DNA of 64,000 bases from Blepharisma stoltei ATCC 30299 (Eukaryota; Protista; Ciliophora), in assembly GCA_965603825.1 (NCBI GenBank), contig CBFDEM010000020.1, positions 496,001 through 560,000 on the forward strand, read 5' to 3'. Below are positions 47,607 through 60,496 of this stretch, piece by piece. The notes under the pieces are model-generated. The model did no database searches, had not been told where the DNA came from, and was given only the letters and a program-made list of their open reading frames with translations. Both the position numbers and the translations under genes were made by a program. Position 1 is the first letter of the stretch; every line of letters begins with the position of its first letter.

Positions 47607-48617
47607 TTAGTTTACTCGACTTTTGAGTTTGGAAACTTGTGAAGATGATAAGAGTTTCGGAGATTTTTCTACTGAGGTACCTTTTATACCGTTTTGACTC
47701 TTGGAGAGGTATGGACTTGCTGATCGCAGATTGCTTGTAGACTTTTCTTCTTTGATAGGTGACTTGCTTAGCAGTTCTTTTTGAGTATAACTATTTCTTC
47801 TTCTTCTTTCAATGTAGCTAAAATTGTGATCGCTAGCTCTTGTTCTTAGCATTCTTATTTGTTTCTCCAATTGAGCGACTTGCTCACATTTTTCTTCAAA
47901 TTTCTTTTTGTAAAAATCAGTTACACAATTGGCACTGTCAGATCTATTTTCCTTAGATCTCTCTGGCTTTTTAACTTCAGGCTGCGCTTTCTGCATTGAG
48001 ACTTGCATTTCAAGCCTCTTTTTGTCTTTCATTAACTCAGCAATTTTTGCAGAATCTTTTTTCAAGTTCATCTTCAATGTTGAGATTTCTTGAGTTAATT
48101 TTCTTTCATGCTTCACTTCTGAATTGCTGCTTCTGGATGTCAAAGGAGAACTTTCTTCTCTTCGATGGGTCGGTCTATCAGTTTGTCCTTCTTTTCTTAG
48201 TTTATCAATAATAGATTTGCTGGTTGATGCAAGTTCCAGTCGAGCATTTTCTGATTCAATCAGTTTTTGCTGTGTATTTTCAATATGCAGCTTCATTTGC
48301 TGTTCAATTTTAATGTGAGTCCTAACTTCGTCTTCAAGTTTCTGAAGGGCTTTGTGGTATTGGTCACAGTTTTGATAATTTTCAAACTCCTCCATGAACA
48401 TAAAATCACGCTTGATTTTCAATAAGTCTTTGAGCTCTAAGTTTATTAAAGCTAGTGCTTGCATTGCATCCATTTTGACAATTTCGTTAATTGAAGTGTA
48501 AATTCGGTCAGGTTCTTCTTTCTAATTATGTTGTACCATTGAGGATAATTCTGTATATAAATACACGCAGGTTTCGATTACTGCTTTCTCAATTTTTGAA
48601 ATCTTGTTTTGCTGCAT
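47607..48617 (-). CDS. Coiled-coil hypothetical protein, 331 aa; 1 intron
   Basis: LQKLEDEVRTHIKIEQQMKLHIE coiled coil; ATG 48617 joined by intron 48522-48536. Confidence 0.75.
48522..48536 (-). other. 15-nt intron GTACAACATAATTAG
   Basis: Consensus match; removes in-frame TAG. Confidence 0.75.
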
Positions 48618-49212
48618 ATTTATTAACGATTTAATTGAATGAGTATTTCACATTTTCAAAAGAAGACTGCATATGCATTATTTCTATTTTGCTTAAAAAA
48701 TAAAGGTTAATAAATAATGATATTGTGCAATGCTGCTTTATTTTAGATAATGGGATTAATGAATAAAAAATTAAATGCTAAGAAAAGCTATCACTTTTTT
48801 CAATTATTTTAGCAAGTCATTATAAATAAGATTTTACCGAATAAACTTACATTAAATTTTTATTAATTATATACTCAAGTAAATTAATCAACAATGCGAT
48901 TATCAAATTTAATGTTTTAAATTAATAATTTGTATTAACAAAATAATTATATTAACCCACCCAAAATTATCCTATTATTATTAAAATTTCAATCAAAGCG
49001 TCTATGCAGAAAAATTCCCCTCTAGATAGCATGTGGTAAGAGCTTTTCATTCTGACAAAAAGAGAAGATTGCGATGCTGCATTCATATTTAATAATTTAA
49101 ATTTATTGGAAAGCTTTAATTCTACAATCAGAAGACAAATTGTAATTTATTAATAGCAGCAACCTATTTATTGGCAATATATATTTCAAATAATTTGTTT
49201 CAGAGCATAACA

Positions 49213-49285
49213 GGCTCCGTGGCGCAACGGATAGCGCACCAGACTTCTAATCTGGGGGTTGTGGGTTCAAATCCCACCGGAGTCG
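49213..49285 (+). tRNA. tRNA-Arg (anticodon TCT), intronless
   Basis: GGCTCCG/CGGAGTC acceptor, CCAGA-CTTCTAA-TCTGG anticodon arm, GTGGG-TTCAAAT-CCCAC T-arm, TTTTT terminator 49286-49290. Confidence 0.97.
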
Positions 49286-49488
49286 TTTTTACTAATTTTT
49301 CAAAATTTTGTAAGAACTTTTGCATGACTAAAAATTAATTGACTCATTTAAATTGGATATTTTATCATTTTAATTTATGCCTATTGATAAAAACTACGGC
49401 CAAAAATTAAGAATTTTCTACTTAGTAAATTCACTTAATATGATATGAAACTTGCAATGCTTATGTAATAATTTCCAGATTGAATAAA

Positions 49489-50253
49489 ATGACAGATCCT
49501 TCATTACTAAGCAGCCATTCAACAAGCCCAAGCTCATCTGATGATGATGAACACAAAAATTTTAAATTTCCAAGTGACTTAGTAGAAGGCAAACTTTTCA
49601 GAACTAGAAGCTATTCCTCTAGCGGATCATTCTTGGATAATATTCCAGAAGAGAATGAGGAAGAAATAGAGGAGTACAAAGGGCGAAGGGGTTCACTGCC
49701 AGGAGACTCCCTCAGCCTCCGTGGATCCCCTAGAAGAAAAGATGTTTTTCATAGCTTAATTTCTGGTGAAAAATTCTTAGACGACATCAGTTTAATTGAT
49801 AAGCCGAAAAAGAGGTTTTCTTTTGGAACCACTGAAGAGCAAGTTATTCCAGAAGAGGACTTGCAAGTTAGCGATAAAGATTTTGGGACAAGAGTATCCC
49901 TTCCTGTTGACAAAAAGGATGAGCCCTATAGTGTCAAAAGAAGGAATCCATTTGAGGTCCAAGAAAGCATTGTTGAGGAAAGGGTTGAAGAAGACAGACA
50001 AATCGTTAAGCATGACGAATTTTTAAAAGTGTTGGAAAGATATGAGCCAGAAGAATCTCCACATGCAAGCTTCGTTTCGATTTCTGCAGAGCCTATTAAT
50101 GAAGTTGAAGAGGAAGAAGAAGTGCTGTTAAAGCATGATGAATTTCTTAAAAAAATTACAAAGCAGGATGAGAATTTTGTAAATCAGGATGGAATGAGAA
50201 GCAGCCTGCAAGAAACTGTGGAAGAGGAGGATGAAGATATAAAGGATAATTAA
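49489..50253 (+). CDS. Acidic low-complexity hypothetical protein, 254 aa
   Basis: AAAATG start; repeated IPEE/VEEE and two KHDEFLK motifs. Confidence 0.72.
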   Translation: MTDPSLLSSHSTSPSSSDDDEHKNFKFPSDLVEGKLFRTRSYSSSGSFLDNIPEENEEEIEEYKGRRGSLPGDSLSLRGSPRRKDVFHSLISGEKFLDDISLIDKPKKRFSFGTTEEQVIPEEDLQVSDKDFGTRVSLPVDKKDEPYSVKRRNPFEVQESIVEERVEEDRQIVKHDEFLKVLERYEPEESPHASFVSISAEPINEVEEEEEVLLKHDEFLKKITKQDENFVNQDGMRSSLQETVEEEDEDIKDN

Positions 50254-50354
50254 AGTAATTCATTTCTTTTCGCTGTACTTTAAATATACCGACTAAAATA
50301 ATCTAATCAATAAAACATTGTTTCGCCATGATTGATTATTTAAAAATAAATTAA

Positions 50355-51194
50355 TTAGATGCTCATTTGAAGAATGCATGGTAAATGGTCGCTTCCATAA
50401 ATGTCAGTTCTGATGTATGCTTTTTCGATGTGTTGTTTAAAAATTTCAGAAACTAAAATATAGTCAACTCTCCACCCATATCCTTTTTCGACTGCATTAA
50501 CTTTCCTTCTGCTATAGTGACTATATACTCTTAGTCCTGGATTCAAGTATCTAAAAGTATCAACCAGCTTGCACTCCTCTAATGTTGTATGGAAATTTCT
50601 TCTTTCTTCATCAGTGATGCAGTCCATTTTTTCTTTTCCTTTTATGTCATAAATATCAATATCCTCATTGATCACATTGAAGTCTCCACATCATATTACA
50701 GGCTTCTTTCTTTGAAGCTCTGCTATATAATCTCTTATCGCAAAGTCCCATTGTTGTGTTCTATAAGCATAGTCTCTACCTGCGCAAGGAAAATAAGTAT
50801 TGACTAAAAAGAATTCTTTATACTCCGCAGTGAGAGCTCGCCCTTCAATATCATGCCTCTCTGTGCCTATACCATAAATGACTTGTTCAGGTTTTACTTC
50901 TGTGAGAATTGCAACTCCAGAGTAACCTTTTTTACCATGAGAGCAGTTTCAATACTTGCTAAATGAACTAGGAAGGAGCTTTTCAGCAGCCTCTATATGC
51001 TTATCCTGCAGTCTTGTTTCATTAAAACAAATTATATTAGGAGCCTCTGAGTCAATGAGATTCTGAATCCCATCTTTCATAAGCATTGATCGAAGCCCAC
51101 ATACGTTTCATGATGCTATCTTTATTTGTGTCTTTTCTTCTTTCTTCAGGCGTTTTACCGGCTTTTTCTTTTGTTCAGTTCTTCTTCGTTTCAT
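50355..51194 (-). CDS. AP endonuclease / exodeoxyribonuclease III (EEP family), 279 aa; 3 TGA-Trp
   Basis: KIAS[W]NVCGLRS, ICFNET, KGYSGVAI, EGR, PVI[W]CGDFNV, DTFRYLNP, GWRVDYIL, GSDHLP; TGAs 51108, 50949, 50691. Confidence 0.92.
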
Positions 51195-51484
51195 ATTTTT
51201 TATAAGGTCATTAAAATTATTGCCTTCTTTCCTTTTATGTTCAATATTTTCTCGATTTTCCACAAAATATCCTCCTTCTAACCTAAAATCCGATTTGGAA
51301 TCCAAATTATTGAGATTCCATATTTTTCTGTTATTAAATATTGCATAGAAATTGTTTATAATATAATCGATTTTCTTTAAGTGGCTGCAAAGACTCCAAA
51401 ATTTCTTGTCGCTAATTAGTGACATATTGCACTGAATATATATAAGACTTTTAAGCCCTTTAAATTTTAAAATTGTACAAAGAA

Positions 51485-52033
51485 ATGAACTGGCTCGAGA
51501 AAATATTCCCAAATTGCTGCCAAAGCCGAGATACAAAGAAAAAGAATCCTAATAGCATGCTTGAGCAATCAGAGCTAGACATCAGCATTGTAAATTTGAA
51601 GAAAAGCCAAACTCAAGCAGAATGCCCAAGTCCGAACATGTCTGAAGAGACAAGTGGCAGCTCATTTGATTACAGGACAATCATGAAAGAAGAATATAAA
51701 TTCTTCGAATCAGGCACAGAAAACTCACTGGATCAGATTTCACTCGATTCCCAAGGTAGTGTTGTTGTTCGTGAAACGAAAAATTCTATGATAAGGCTAA
51801 AACCTTGCTTTGAATGCAAAGATGTAGAAAAAAATAAAATAGAAAAGGTACAAAATGACGCACAAAACTTATTTTCTAAATTCCAGTGTGTAGTATGTGG
51901 AGGCAATGCGACTGGCTTTTGCATTGGCTGCCTTGATAAAAGGTATTGTAAATCGTGCCATATTAAAACTCATTCATCAAAATCAGTCATTCATCAGTTT
52001 TGCTCCTATAGCAGGAAGACAAAAGGCCCTTAA
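51485..52033 (+). CDS. Hypothetical protein with C-terminal B-box-like zinc finger, 182 aa
   Basis: CVVC..ATGFCIGC...YCKSCH..TH....H. Confidence 0.68.
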   Translation: MNWLEKIFPNCCQSRDTKKKNPNSMLEQSELDISIVNLKKSQTQAECPSPNMSEETSGSSFDYRTIMKEEYKFFESGTENSLDQISLDSQGSVVVRETKNSMIRLKPCFECKDVEKNKIEKVQNDAQNLFSKFQCVVCGGNATGFCIGCLDKRYCKSCHIKTHSSKSVIHQFCSYSRKTKGP

Positions 52034-52129
52034 TTTCTTTTAATTATATCTAATCACTAAGTACATATTTATTATGATTTTATTGTATTAAAAATGATTA
52101 TACAGAATTTATTTCAAAAGATATAATGA

Positions 52130-52828
52130 TTAAAATGTTTGAAAAAACTCAAGTGGCAGTAGATAAGCTTCTTCCATAAAATTTTGAAAATGCTCAATAG
52201 AACTAAGGTTATCTATATGATGGCCGACCACTGATAAGTCGTCTATAGGCATTAATTCATCATATTCTGAACTGTCAGGAATTTCCAACTGATTCTCTTC
52301 ATTCAGGATTTTTTTAGAATTTTTATGTTTTAGTCGTTTTAATATTGATGATATAATATTTGATGTCAATAAGTGATCATATTTTTTTAGTTGATCTCTA
52401 TTGCCTTCAGACCCATATAGCTTCCGATACTGACGCTTCATTGAAGAGTAAAAGTGATTTTTTATTGAATTATCAGTCCGGCCAGGAAGTAATTTTGAAA
52501 TTTCAGCTCATTTATTTACAAGTTCGAGATGTGATTCAAATAGGACTTTTTCTTCTTCTAGAGTTCAAGGAGTTTTATTTATTGAGGGAGCTAAGTGATT
52601 ATGCCATCGTTCTCTGCATTGTTTTCCACTCCTCCCGTGAATGTTGTATTCTAAACTTAATCTTGCTGCGATATTTGCCCACTGTTGCTTGTCATTTTCT
52701 TGAACTAGCTGCTTGATTGCTTCATCCTCGTAAGGGGTTCATGGTCTTCTTTTTACAGATGTAGGGGGGATAATTTTTGCTTTTTTGGGTGGCCTTCCTC
52801 TTGGCTTGCGAAGTTTATGTTTTGTCAT
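52130..52828 (-). CDS. R2R3-Myb transcription factor with N-terminal AT-hook, 232 aa; 3 TGA-Trp
   Basis: KPRGRPPK; RRP[W]TPYED..QQWANIA..RSGKQCRERWHNHL.P..KTP[W]TLEEE..NK[W]AEISKLLPGRTDNSIKNHF; TGAs 52739, 52565, 52508. Confidence 0.93.
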
Positions 52829-53205
52829 AACGTTAAAAAATGGTAGTAGTCTTATAACTGGAATCAATATTTAAATATTTAAATTTCGCATTATTATTAG
52901 TTAAAATAAACAAAAATGAGTGAAGATAAAAAATTTCTATGACTATTTGCCTTGATAATTGATTAATTATATCATGGATAATTTATTTTTGAAAGCCATT
53001 TAATTTTATGATTCAGCAATCAATTCTTTGAAATCAATTTTTTCGAGAATGAAATCACAAATAGATATGTATAAAAAAGGATTCGGCTGCAAATCTAATC
53101 ATTTTGTGAGTTAATAAGCATTCCTGAATAAAGTTTTAAAATCTTATTTTAGGATATTTTGAGTACCTAAAGTGATGACTTATTTTTCATTTCAAAAAGA
53201 GAATG

Positions 53206-53231
53206 ATATAATCTGCAATTGCAGATTATAT
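53206..53231. repeat. Perfect 26-bp spacerless palindrome ATATAATCTGCAATTGCAGATTATAT
   Basis: 13 consecutive self-complementary pairs; intergenic. Confidence 0.85.
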
Positions 53232-53358
53232 ATGGTTTATAAATTTATATGTAAATCAAGCGGCTCTAGCGTACTCAATTGTTGAAATGATATAAAATAT
53301 TTCTTTATATGTCACATGTAAAACACATATTAGAACACGTAAGCTCATTAGAATTATT

Positions 53359-53628
53359 TTAAGATTTCTTCGGCTTGCTCGACCAGGTCAAAGGGTTTTT
53401 CTTATACCAAGGCCATGGTGGGACTACCAAGATAAGAGATACAATTGTGGAAATCATTGCTGCATATCCTGTGTACATAAATTGCTTTGTTATGCAAGAA
53501 ATAGCAAACCCAATCAAGCAGCTCACAAGAATAATAACTTTGTATAGGTACTCTGCCTTCTTCTGGCCAACATAGTCCTATGTTAATTTTACGATTTCTC
53601 CCATGATATTCCAAAATCCTCTTGCCAT
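53359..53628 (-). CDS. SPCS1: Signal peptidase complex subunit 1 (SPC12), 84 aa; 1 intron; different frame from the track ORF
   Basis: GEI^DYVGQKKAEYLYKVIILVSCLIGF..QFMYT..LVVPPWPWYKKNPLTW. Confidence 0.92.
53578..53592 (-). other. 15-nt intron GTAAAATTAACATAG
   Basis: Removes TAG just before DYVGQ. Confidence 0.9.
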
Positions 53629-53652
53629 TTTAAAATAATTATTAAATTGTCT

Positions 53653-56600
53653 ATGAGACGTAGAAGTTTAGAAAGCTCCGTAGAAAGGAGATTCGCACCT
53701 CAAATGGCAGAACCTATGCCAAACGACGCTAATATGGAGTCTATCATTTCAAACCTTCAGTATAAGTTAACAGGACTTGAGCAAAAATACAATCAGTTTG
53801 TAGGCCAATGTGCCAAGATATTCAAAGAAAATCAATTAAGATCTTATAATGACAGCGGCTCGGAAGACGCAAGTGCTTTGCAGCTTATGCAGGAACTGTC
53901 TTCAGAAAGAACGAAATTTGATAAAGAGCTTTACTCTCTTATAGGCTCTCAAAACAGTCGAGTTGAAACAGACATTCAAGAGATGTTTAAAAGGATTACT
54001 CAGAAAATCAGCGAAGCAAAAGATATAGCAATCCAACAATTGCCTCAGCGTGGAGACTATAGAGAGCGGGTTTCTGAAGTCTTTATTGGTCTGACTGAAA
54101 GTATATGAGCCATTATGTCTAATAAAGAAAGACAAAGGGAAACGAATAGCTGAATTCGGAATATTATGGATCTAGAAGATAATAAGCGGCAAATAGAAAG
54201 GGGCAATAAGGATTACTCAGAAGCAAAGAAATATAAAAATCTATATATTAAGATATTTGAAGAAAAGCACGATCTTGAAGTTAAGCTAAAAGAAATGCAA
54301 GAAATTCTTAACAGAAAAGGGGCTGAAGTGTCAAAATCTGAGCAAAAACTGCACCATATTCAAGGCAAGTTGGATACTCTAATGGATGAAAACGACAAAC
54401 TGAGAGAAACGCTCAGTGACGCAACTAAAAAATATGCGAGACTTGAGCGGTCTTCGAGTAAAAATCGACCGAACCATTTAAGCCCTGCTCGAGATGAATT
54501 AGGAGGGTCCCATCGTTTGAGGAAAACATCTCCTAATAGCTTTAAGTTTTTCCAAGCAACTGATGGATTTAATTTAAGTTTAAAGCTTGAGCTAGAGCGA
54601 GCACATGATGAAATCAAAAGAATTCGCGAAGAAAGAGACTCCTTAAGAGCTTGAAAAGAGCAGAAATCTCAAAGCCTTACGCAAGATTATGAAAATGAAA
54701 AAGCGACTTTCCAAAAGAAGCTTAACAGTCTACAAGATCGTCTATTGAGCTTCTCAAATGTAGCAAAAAATTTAATTGAAAACAGTCTTCAAGCAGATAA
54801 AGCACAAACAGATAGAGATCCAGCAACTTTAAGGAAAACTAGCCAGATTAGAAAAGAGCTAAGAAAAAAAATCCAGCAAATCAAAACTGAAAATCCTGGA
54901 AAGCAAAACATCGAGAGCCCGATGTTGAGTCCACTGGGATCTCCAAAATCTTCAAGTCGAGGAAATAGTCCAATGGTTGATGTGTCATTCTTGATCAAAA
55001 CAAATAAATCTCTAGAAAAAGAAAGAACTCGCTTGGAAAACGCTGTTAGCTATGAGAGAAATCAAGCAGACAAGTATTGTGAAGCTCTTGAGCTTAAAAA
55101 TCAAGAATTAATTGAAAAGGAAAAATTGATTGATGACCTCAACGAAAAAGAAAAATCTCTCCAAAATGAGCTAGAGTTGATGGAAAAAGAAAAAGGAGTA
55201 ATTATTGCAGACTTGGAAACGAGAGAGCTAAAGGCAAAAACTGCATTGAAAGAATTGCAAGAAGACATGAATGAGCAAATTTTTGAATTGACTCAAGAGT
55301 TAGATAGCCTCAAAGAAATTCATTCAAAATGCAAATTGATCGAAAAGCTCGAAAACGAACAAAACACATTTAAAAAGACTTTCCCATTTATGCTGAAAAA
55401 CATTGAGGATATCATTAATGGAATTCATAAGCAAATTGGTGAGAAACTAAATGAAAAAAGCAGCAATCTAGAAAATCTGATCAATGAATTTTATCCCAAA
55501 TTAAAATCTATCAAGTCTTCTCAAGCTGAAAGCAAAGAATACATCACCCTTTTAGAAGAAAAAGTAGAGCATCTTGAGTTTATGCTACAACAGTCTCAAG
55601 AATTAAATCTTGGGCAGATAAATGAGTTTGACGAAGATGTTCAGCAACTAGAAACTCAGAAGCTCAAGGATCAGAAGCAGTATGATCTTATATTGCAAGA
55701 GAACAGAGAATTAAGGGACATAAAAGAAAAATATATTATTGTAGAAGAGCGGCTAAAATGTATGCAGGATCTACAGAAAGACGTTGATTTCATGGAAAAA
55801 GGATATAAGAGCATGTCGAAAGAAAACACTCAAAAATCACTAGAAATTGAGCAGCTGAGATATGAAAATAATGCACTGAGGGAAGAAAAACTAGAGCTAC
55901 TAAAAGAAGGTGATCAGAAAGAAAAAGATATGATGGAACTGCATTCAAAATTCCAAAATGATATAAGAGCTGCTAATTTAAGCATAGAAAGACTTGTGTA
56001 TGAAAATAGCTTGCTAAAGCAAAGCAAAGAAGAGCTTGATAGTATTAAAGAAACTTTGGAAAATGCCAATAAACTAATTGCAGAGTATGAGTCAAAAGAA
56101 AAAAACAATAAGTCTGCTTTGGCCGAAGAAATAAACGACCTAAAGAGATCTCTAAAAGAAATCACTGGAAAAAATAATGAACTGAAGGCTTACTCAGAGA
56201 AATTAAATGGTCAACTTAAAGATTGTAATGAAAAGCTTTCTGGAGCGCTAAACGAAAATAGTATTTACCAAGAAATAATTGATGAACTGAAAAAAGGAAC
56301 AATTCAAGAATTACAGGAAAATCTAAAATCAAGTAGTAAGAAGCTCCAAGATTGCAAATCCAAAAAAAAAGTGTACAAGACCCGCAATAATGATTTGCAG
56401 AAGGAAATTGCCAGTCTGCTTTCGAGTTCAGAAAGTATAGAATCGATACTCAAAGAATCACAGTTAAATGAGAGTCAGTTGAATTCTCAGATTAAAAACT
56501 TGGAAATGACAATCGCAGGAAAAGAAAAAGAAATTGAGAATTTGAAAGTTCATATAATTGCGAAAGAGGCTCAAATTGAAAGCCTCACTAGTATTGAGAG

Positions 56601-59600
56601 CCAAGCAACTGATGAAACTAAAAAACAATTAGCTGTATTGCTAGAACTAAAGCAGAAATTAGAGAATGAAATTAAAATTGCTAATTTAAAAAGCAACGAA
56701 CAGCTAGAAGAAATTGAAAAATTGCGAGAAGAGATCAAAACTAAAAAAGATGAAAATAACAATCTCGGTACTATAACTAGCTTGAAGCTTGCTGAAATTT
56801 TACAACTCAAGTCAGTAGCTGGCTCTAAAGACGAAGAAATTGCAGAGCTAAAGCACAGCTTAAATAATGCTGAATCTGACTTAATTATTAGAGAGAAAGA
56901 AATAGAAAAATTGCATAAAAACATTCAATCTCAAGAAGAGCATATTACTGAAATTAAATCTTTGTATGAAGATAAAATTAAGCATCTCGAAAATGAGCTT
57001 GAGATAAAAATTCAAGACAGCAAAAATTCATTAGCATATTTACAGCAAACCAATAAACAACTAGAAGAAAAAAATACTGCCCTTGGAAAATCAATACAAA
57101 AATTAACTGATGAAAAAGACCAGCTTTTATCATCTCTCTCATCAGCTTCAGAAAACATTTTCCATTTGAATGGAAAATTAAAAACATCTTCTGAAGAGTC
57201 TGCTAGTTTATTATCTCTTAGACAAAATATAGAAGAACTAAAATCGCAACTTAGTGATTCAGAAAGCTCAATAAAAGCTCTATTAGATACTAAGAAAGCT
57301 CTGAAAAGTAGAAATGATGAGCTAGAAAAGCTAGAAATAGAGAAAACAATTTTGATTGAAAAACAAAAACTCTCTATTCAAAATCTGCAAGGCCAGATTC
57401 AAGAAGCTGTGAGTCAGAACAGCAATGGAGAAGGAAAGCTGAGAGAAGAATTAAATTTAAGGAATGATGAAATTTTAGAGATAAATGCCAGAATAAGAGA
57501 ACTTGAGGAAAAGGTAAAAGAGTTATCACAAATCAGAGACAATTTGAAGAAAGAACTTGACGCAAAAGCGAATGAGAATCTAGAAAAAGATAAAATTATA
57601 GAAAATAAGCAGACTTTGCTTGATAATGTGTATCATTCCTTAACAGAATCGAATCAACTTGAAAAGGATGAGTTGAAAAAGGCAATAGATACGCTAAAAG
57701 GGCAGGTTTCAAAGCTTGCAAATGAAAAAAAATTAATAGGAGAAGAATTGTCAGAAAAGAATGCATTAATTCAAAAATTAACTCTTAAAAATCAAGAACT
57801 CACAAAAGAGTGTGAAGAGAGCATAATTAATGTCAATAATCTATCAAAAACAGCTAAAGAAACTCAAGAAAGGCTACTTGATGAATTAAAGACAATTGAA
57901 AAGAGAGCAAAAGAACTCGAAAGCAATTTAAAGTTAAAAGATCAAGAGATCAAGGAGCTTTCTCAAGTAATTGCCCATGAAAAAGGATTAAATGAAATTA
58001 AAACAAAAGAAATAGACGATCATGAACAAAAGGAAAATCAGCTAATAAAAGAGAATAACGAATTAAAGTTGAGCATTTCTCAGTTAGAGTCAACAGTTAT
58101 TGACAAGACCGAGACAATTGAAAGCTTTCAACTAGAAATTTCAAGCTTAAAATCGTTTAAAGAAAGCCTTGAAGAAAAAAATTCTAAAAAAGAAAAAGAA
58201 TTAAACGAAGTCAAACTAAAAATTAAAGAATCGCAAGAAAACAATGAAATTAAAATAAATATTTTAAAGGCTAGTTTAGAGAAAGCCAATTCAGAACTGC
58301 AAACTGCTGAACAAAAAAACAGGGAGCTTCATAATAAACTCAACTCAGATCAAAGTCCCCAAAAATCAAGCCAGAGGGACGCTGATGAAGCTGAAGATCA
58401 AGTAAGAGAAGCTTTGAAACACACCATTAACAAAATCGAAAATGAAAAAAATGAAATGCAGACTGAGTATGAAGACAGGATCGCAAAACTAGAAAAAGAA
58501 TGCAGCAACTTAAAGCTTCAAAAGAATTTCATAGAGATTGGCTTAGAAGAAACAGGCAAACAATTTCAAACAATAAAAGAAAAATATGAGCAATTGTTGA
58601 ACGAAAATAAAAAGAGAGCTGAAAATGTAATTGAAGAGAAAAAGGAAAGGCACTCGGATATTGTAAAAAATGATAATGAGTTTAAGCTTGACTCAAATCA
58701 GCCTCAAAGAGCTTCAATTGACAGCAAAAAGGAGGACATGAATTTAGAAACTGAAATTTCAAATATTGCTGTTGATATTCTTGAGAACCCTCCCTTTACT
58801 ATTGAAGTCCAGGATGATCTAACAATTATAAAGCAGGCAATTGAAGTTCTTATTCAAATTAAAGAGATTGTGAAAAATGAAATTCTTGAAGGGGACGTAG
58901 TTTTGCCTGAAGTTCTGGTTATAGTCCTTAACGACTATAAAAATAGAATTAAAGATTTAGAAAGCCAAAGCATTGAACCCCAGAAATTGCAACAGCAGCT
59001 AATGCCAGGGATTTCAAATAAGGACCAGCTTCCTTTAGAATCTATTCCCGAGGATAATGATAGTGCTGTTTTTGAGTCTTGCTCAAGAGTTCTGGTAAAA
59101 TCAATAAGAATTGATTCAATAATATGGAAACTATTTAGAACGGTCGATGGAAATTTCGATTGGGAGCCTGAAGAAGCATCATCTCTCACTCCAGAAGAGG
59201 CAATCGATGAAGATCTTGATAAGATTAAAGCTGAGCTTGGTGATTACTTTAAAGAGGGAAGCATCATAAAATCCATTCGAGAGCTAAAAGTTTCATTAGA
59301 AAAATTAAAAGAAAACAAAAACAGCCGTTCAAGCTTTTCATTCAATGAAGACCTTGAAATCATGCCAGAAGCTGAAGGCGAACACCTCTCTTTTGACTCA
59401 TTGTCATTCCGCAATGAATTTGGGCCAGGTCTTGGCCTAGCCCCAGTTAAAGAAGAAACTGAGCATGAGACCTCAGAAGATAAAATCAAGCTAAAAGAAG
59501 AGCTTGAAAATTGTCTGCAGGAATTAGAAAATGTAAAAAATGAACTTGCCAAAAAAATATTAAAAATTCAAGAAAAGAAAAGAGATATTGAAAGGCATGA

Positions 59601-59856
59601 AGAACAAATTTTAACCCTCAAAGTGCAGCTTCGAGAAACAGATGAGAAGCTGCAGCATGCAAATACAGTGGATACCGCTTATCTCAAAAGGCTTTTCCAA
59701 GAGCTTATAAAGGGAATCCCACCACTTTCACAGGAAACTGAAAAAATTGTGAAGATATTTTGTGGGATTCTTGGTTTTACCCCGAGCGAAGAAAATAGCA
59801 TAAGCATGGAGAGGAAAGGCAAGAGAGGCAAAAGTGTTTTAAGTTTATTTAGATAA
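53653..59856 (+). CDS. Giant coiled-coil protein with C-terminal GRIP-like domain (golgin), ~2067 aa; 3 TGA-Trp
   Basis: One frame through TGAs 54106, 54151, 54652; C-terminus VDTAYLKRLF..IVKIFCGILGFTPSEE resembles GRIP; alternative start 53704. Confidence 0.78.
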
Positions 59857-60044
59857 AATTATGTGAATTTATAATAAATGTCCAAGGATGCTTTAGTAGT
59901 CAAGCTTCTAATAAATTTCATAAGCAGATTTCAAAGATTTTGCTTCCTGCATAATTATTGCGATTAATTGCCTATTAATGACCCCTTGAAATTTTGGTTT
60001 TATAGCTAAACTAATCAACATATGGCTATTCTTAATATTTAGCA

Positions 60045-60446
60045 ATGGCTACTCCACTCGTTAGACAGCACAAAATCAAGAAGCACAGAAGACAATTCTG
60101 GAGATTCCAAAGTGACAAGTTTAAGAGAGTAGGCCGAAGCTGGAGACAACCTCACGGTATCGATAACAGAGTCCGCCGAAAGTACAGAGGAAATCAGGAT
60201 ATGCCTGGAGTTGGCTTTGGAACTGACAAGACAACAAGATTCGTCCTTCCAAATGGCTTCAAAAAATTCCTTATCCATAATGAGAAAGAACTTGAGGTCC
60301 TCCTCATGCACAACAGATCTTTCTGTGCTGAATTAGCTCATTCACTAAGCACAAGAACCAGAAAAAGACTCATTGAGAGAGCTGCAGAATTGGACATCAG
60401 AGTGACAAATGCAAGTGCTCGCTTAAGAACTGAAGAAAAGAAATAA
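60045..60446 (+). CDS. RPL32: 60S ribosomal protein L32 (eL32)
   Basis: RFQSD..SWRQPHGIDNRVRRKYRG..MPGVGFG..ELEVLLMHNR..AELAH. Confidence 0.98.
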   Translation: MATPLVRQHKIKKHRRQFWRFQSDKFKRVGRSWRQPHGIDNRVRRKYRGNQDMPGVGFGTDKTTRFVLPNGFKKFLIHNEKELEVLLMHNRSFCAELAHSLSTRTRKRLIERAAELDIRVTNASARLRTEEKK

Positions 60447-60496
60447 GTTATCTTTACTTCCAAATAAGTTTATTTCCAAAATAAAGCATTTTATTA

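Noticed and set aside
48990-49090. GC-richer intergenic patch with an Sm-site-like AATTTTTCTG on the minus strand
   Set aside because: No recognisable U1/U2/U4/U5 signature or convincing fold.
49465-49478. 14-nt intron GTAATAATTTCCAG extending the 49489 gene
   Set aside because: Wrong length, no A10, and the ATG at 49489 already has a good AAAATG context.
50775-50800. YFPCAG instead of YVPNAG in the AP endonuclease as a sign of inactivity
   Set aside because: This position varies in ExoIII-family enzymes, and the core catalytic motifs (NE, GDFN, D, SDH) are intact.
51195-51536. Long N-terminal extension of the AP endonuclease
   Set aside because: It starts at a non-ATG codon, runs through AT-rich intergenic DNA and overlaps the divergent gene; the first ATG is 51194.
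53402-53614. Track ORF of 70 aa
   Set aside because: Wrong frame; another frame on the same strand gives clear SPCS1 after one intron.
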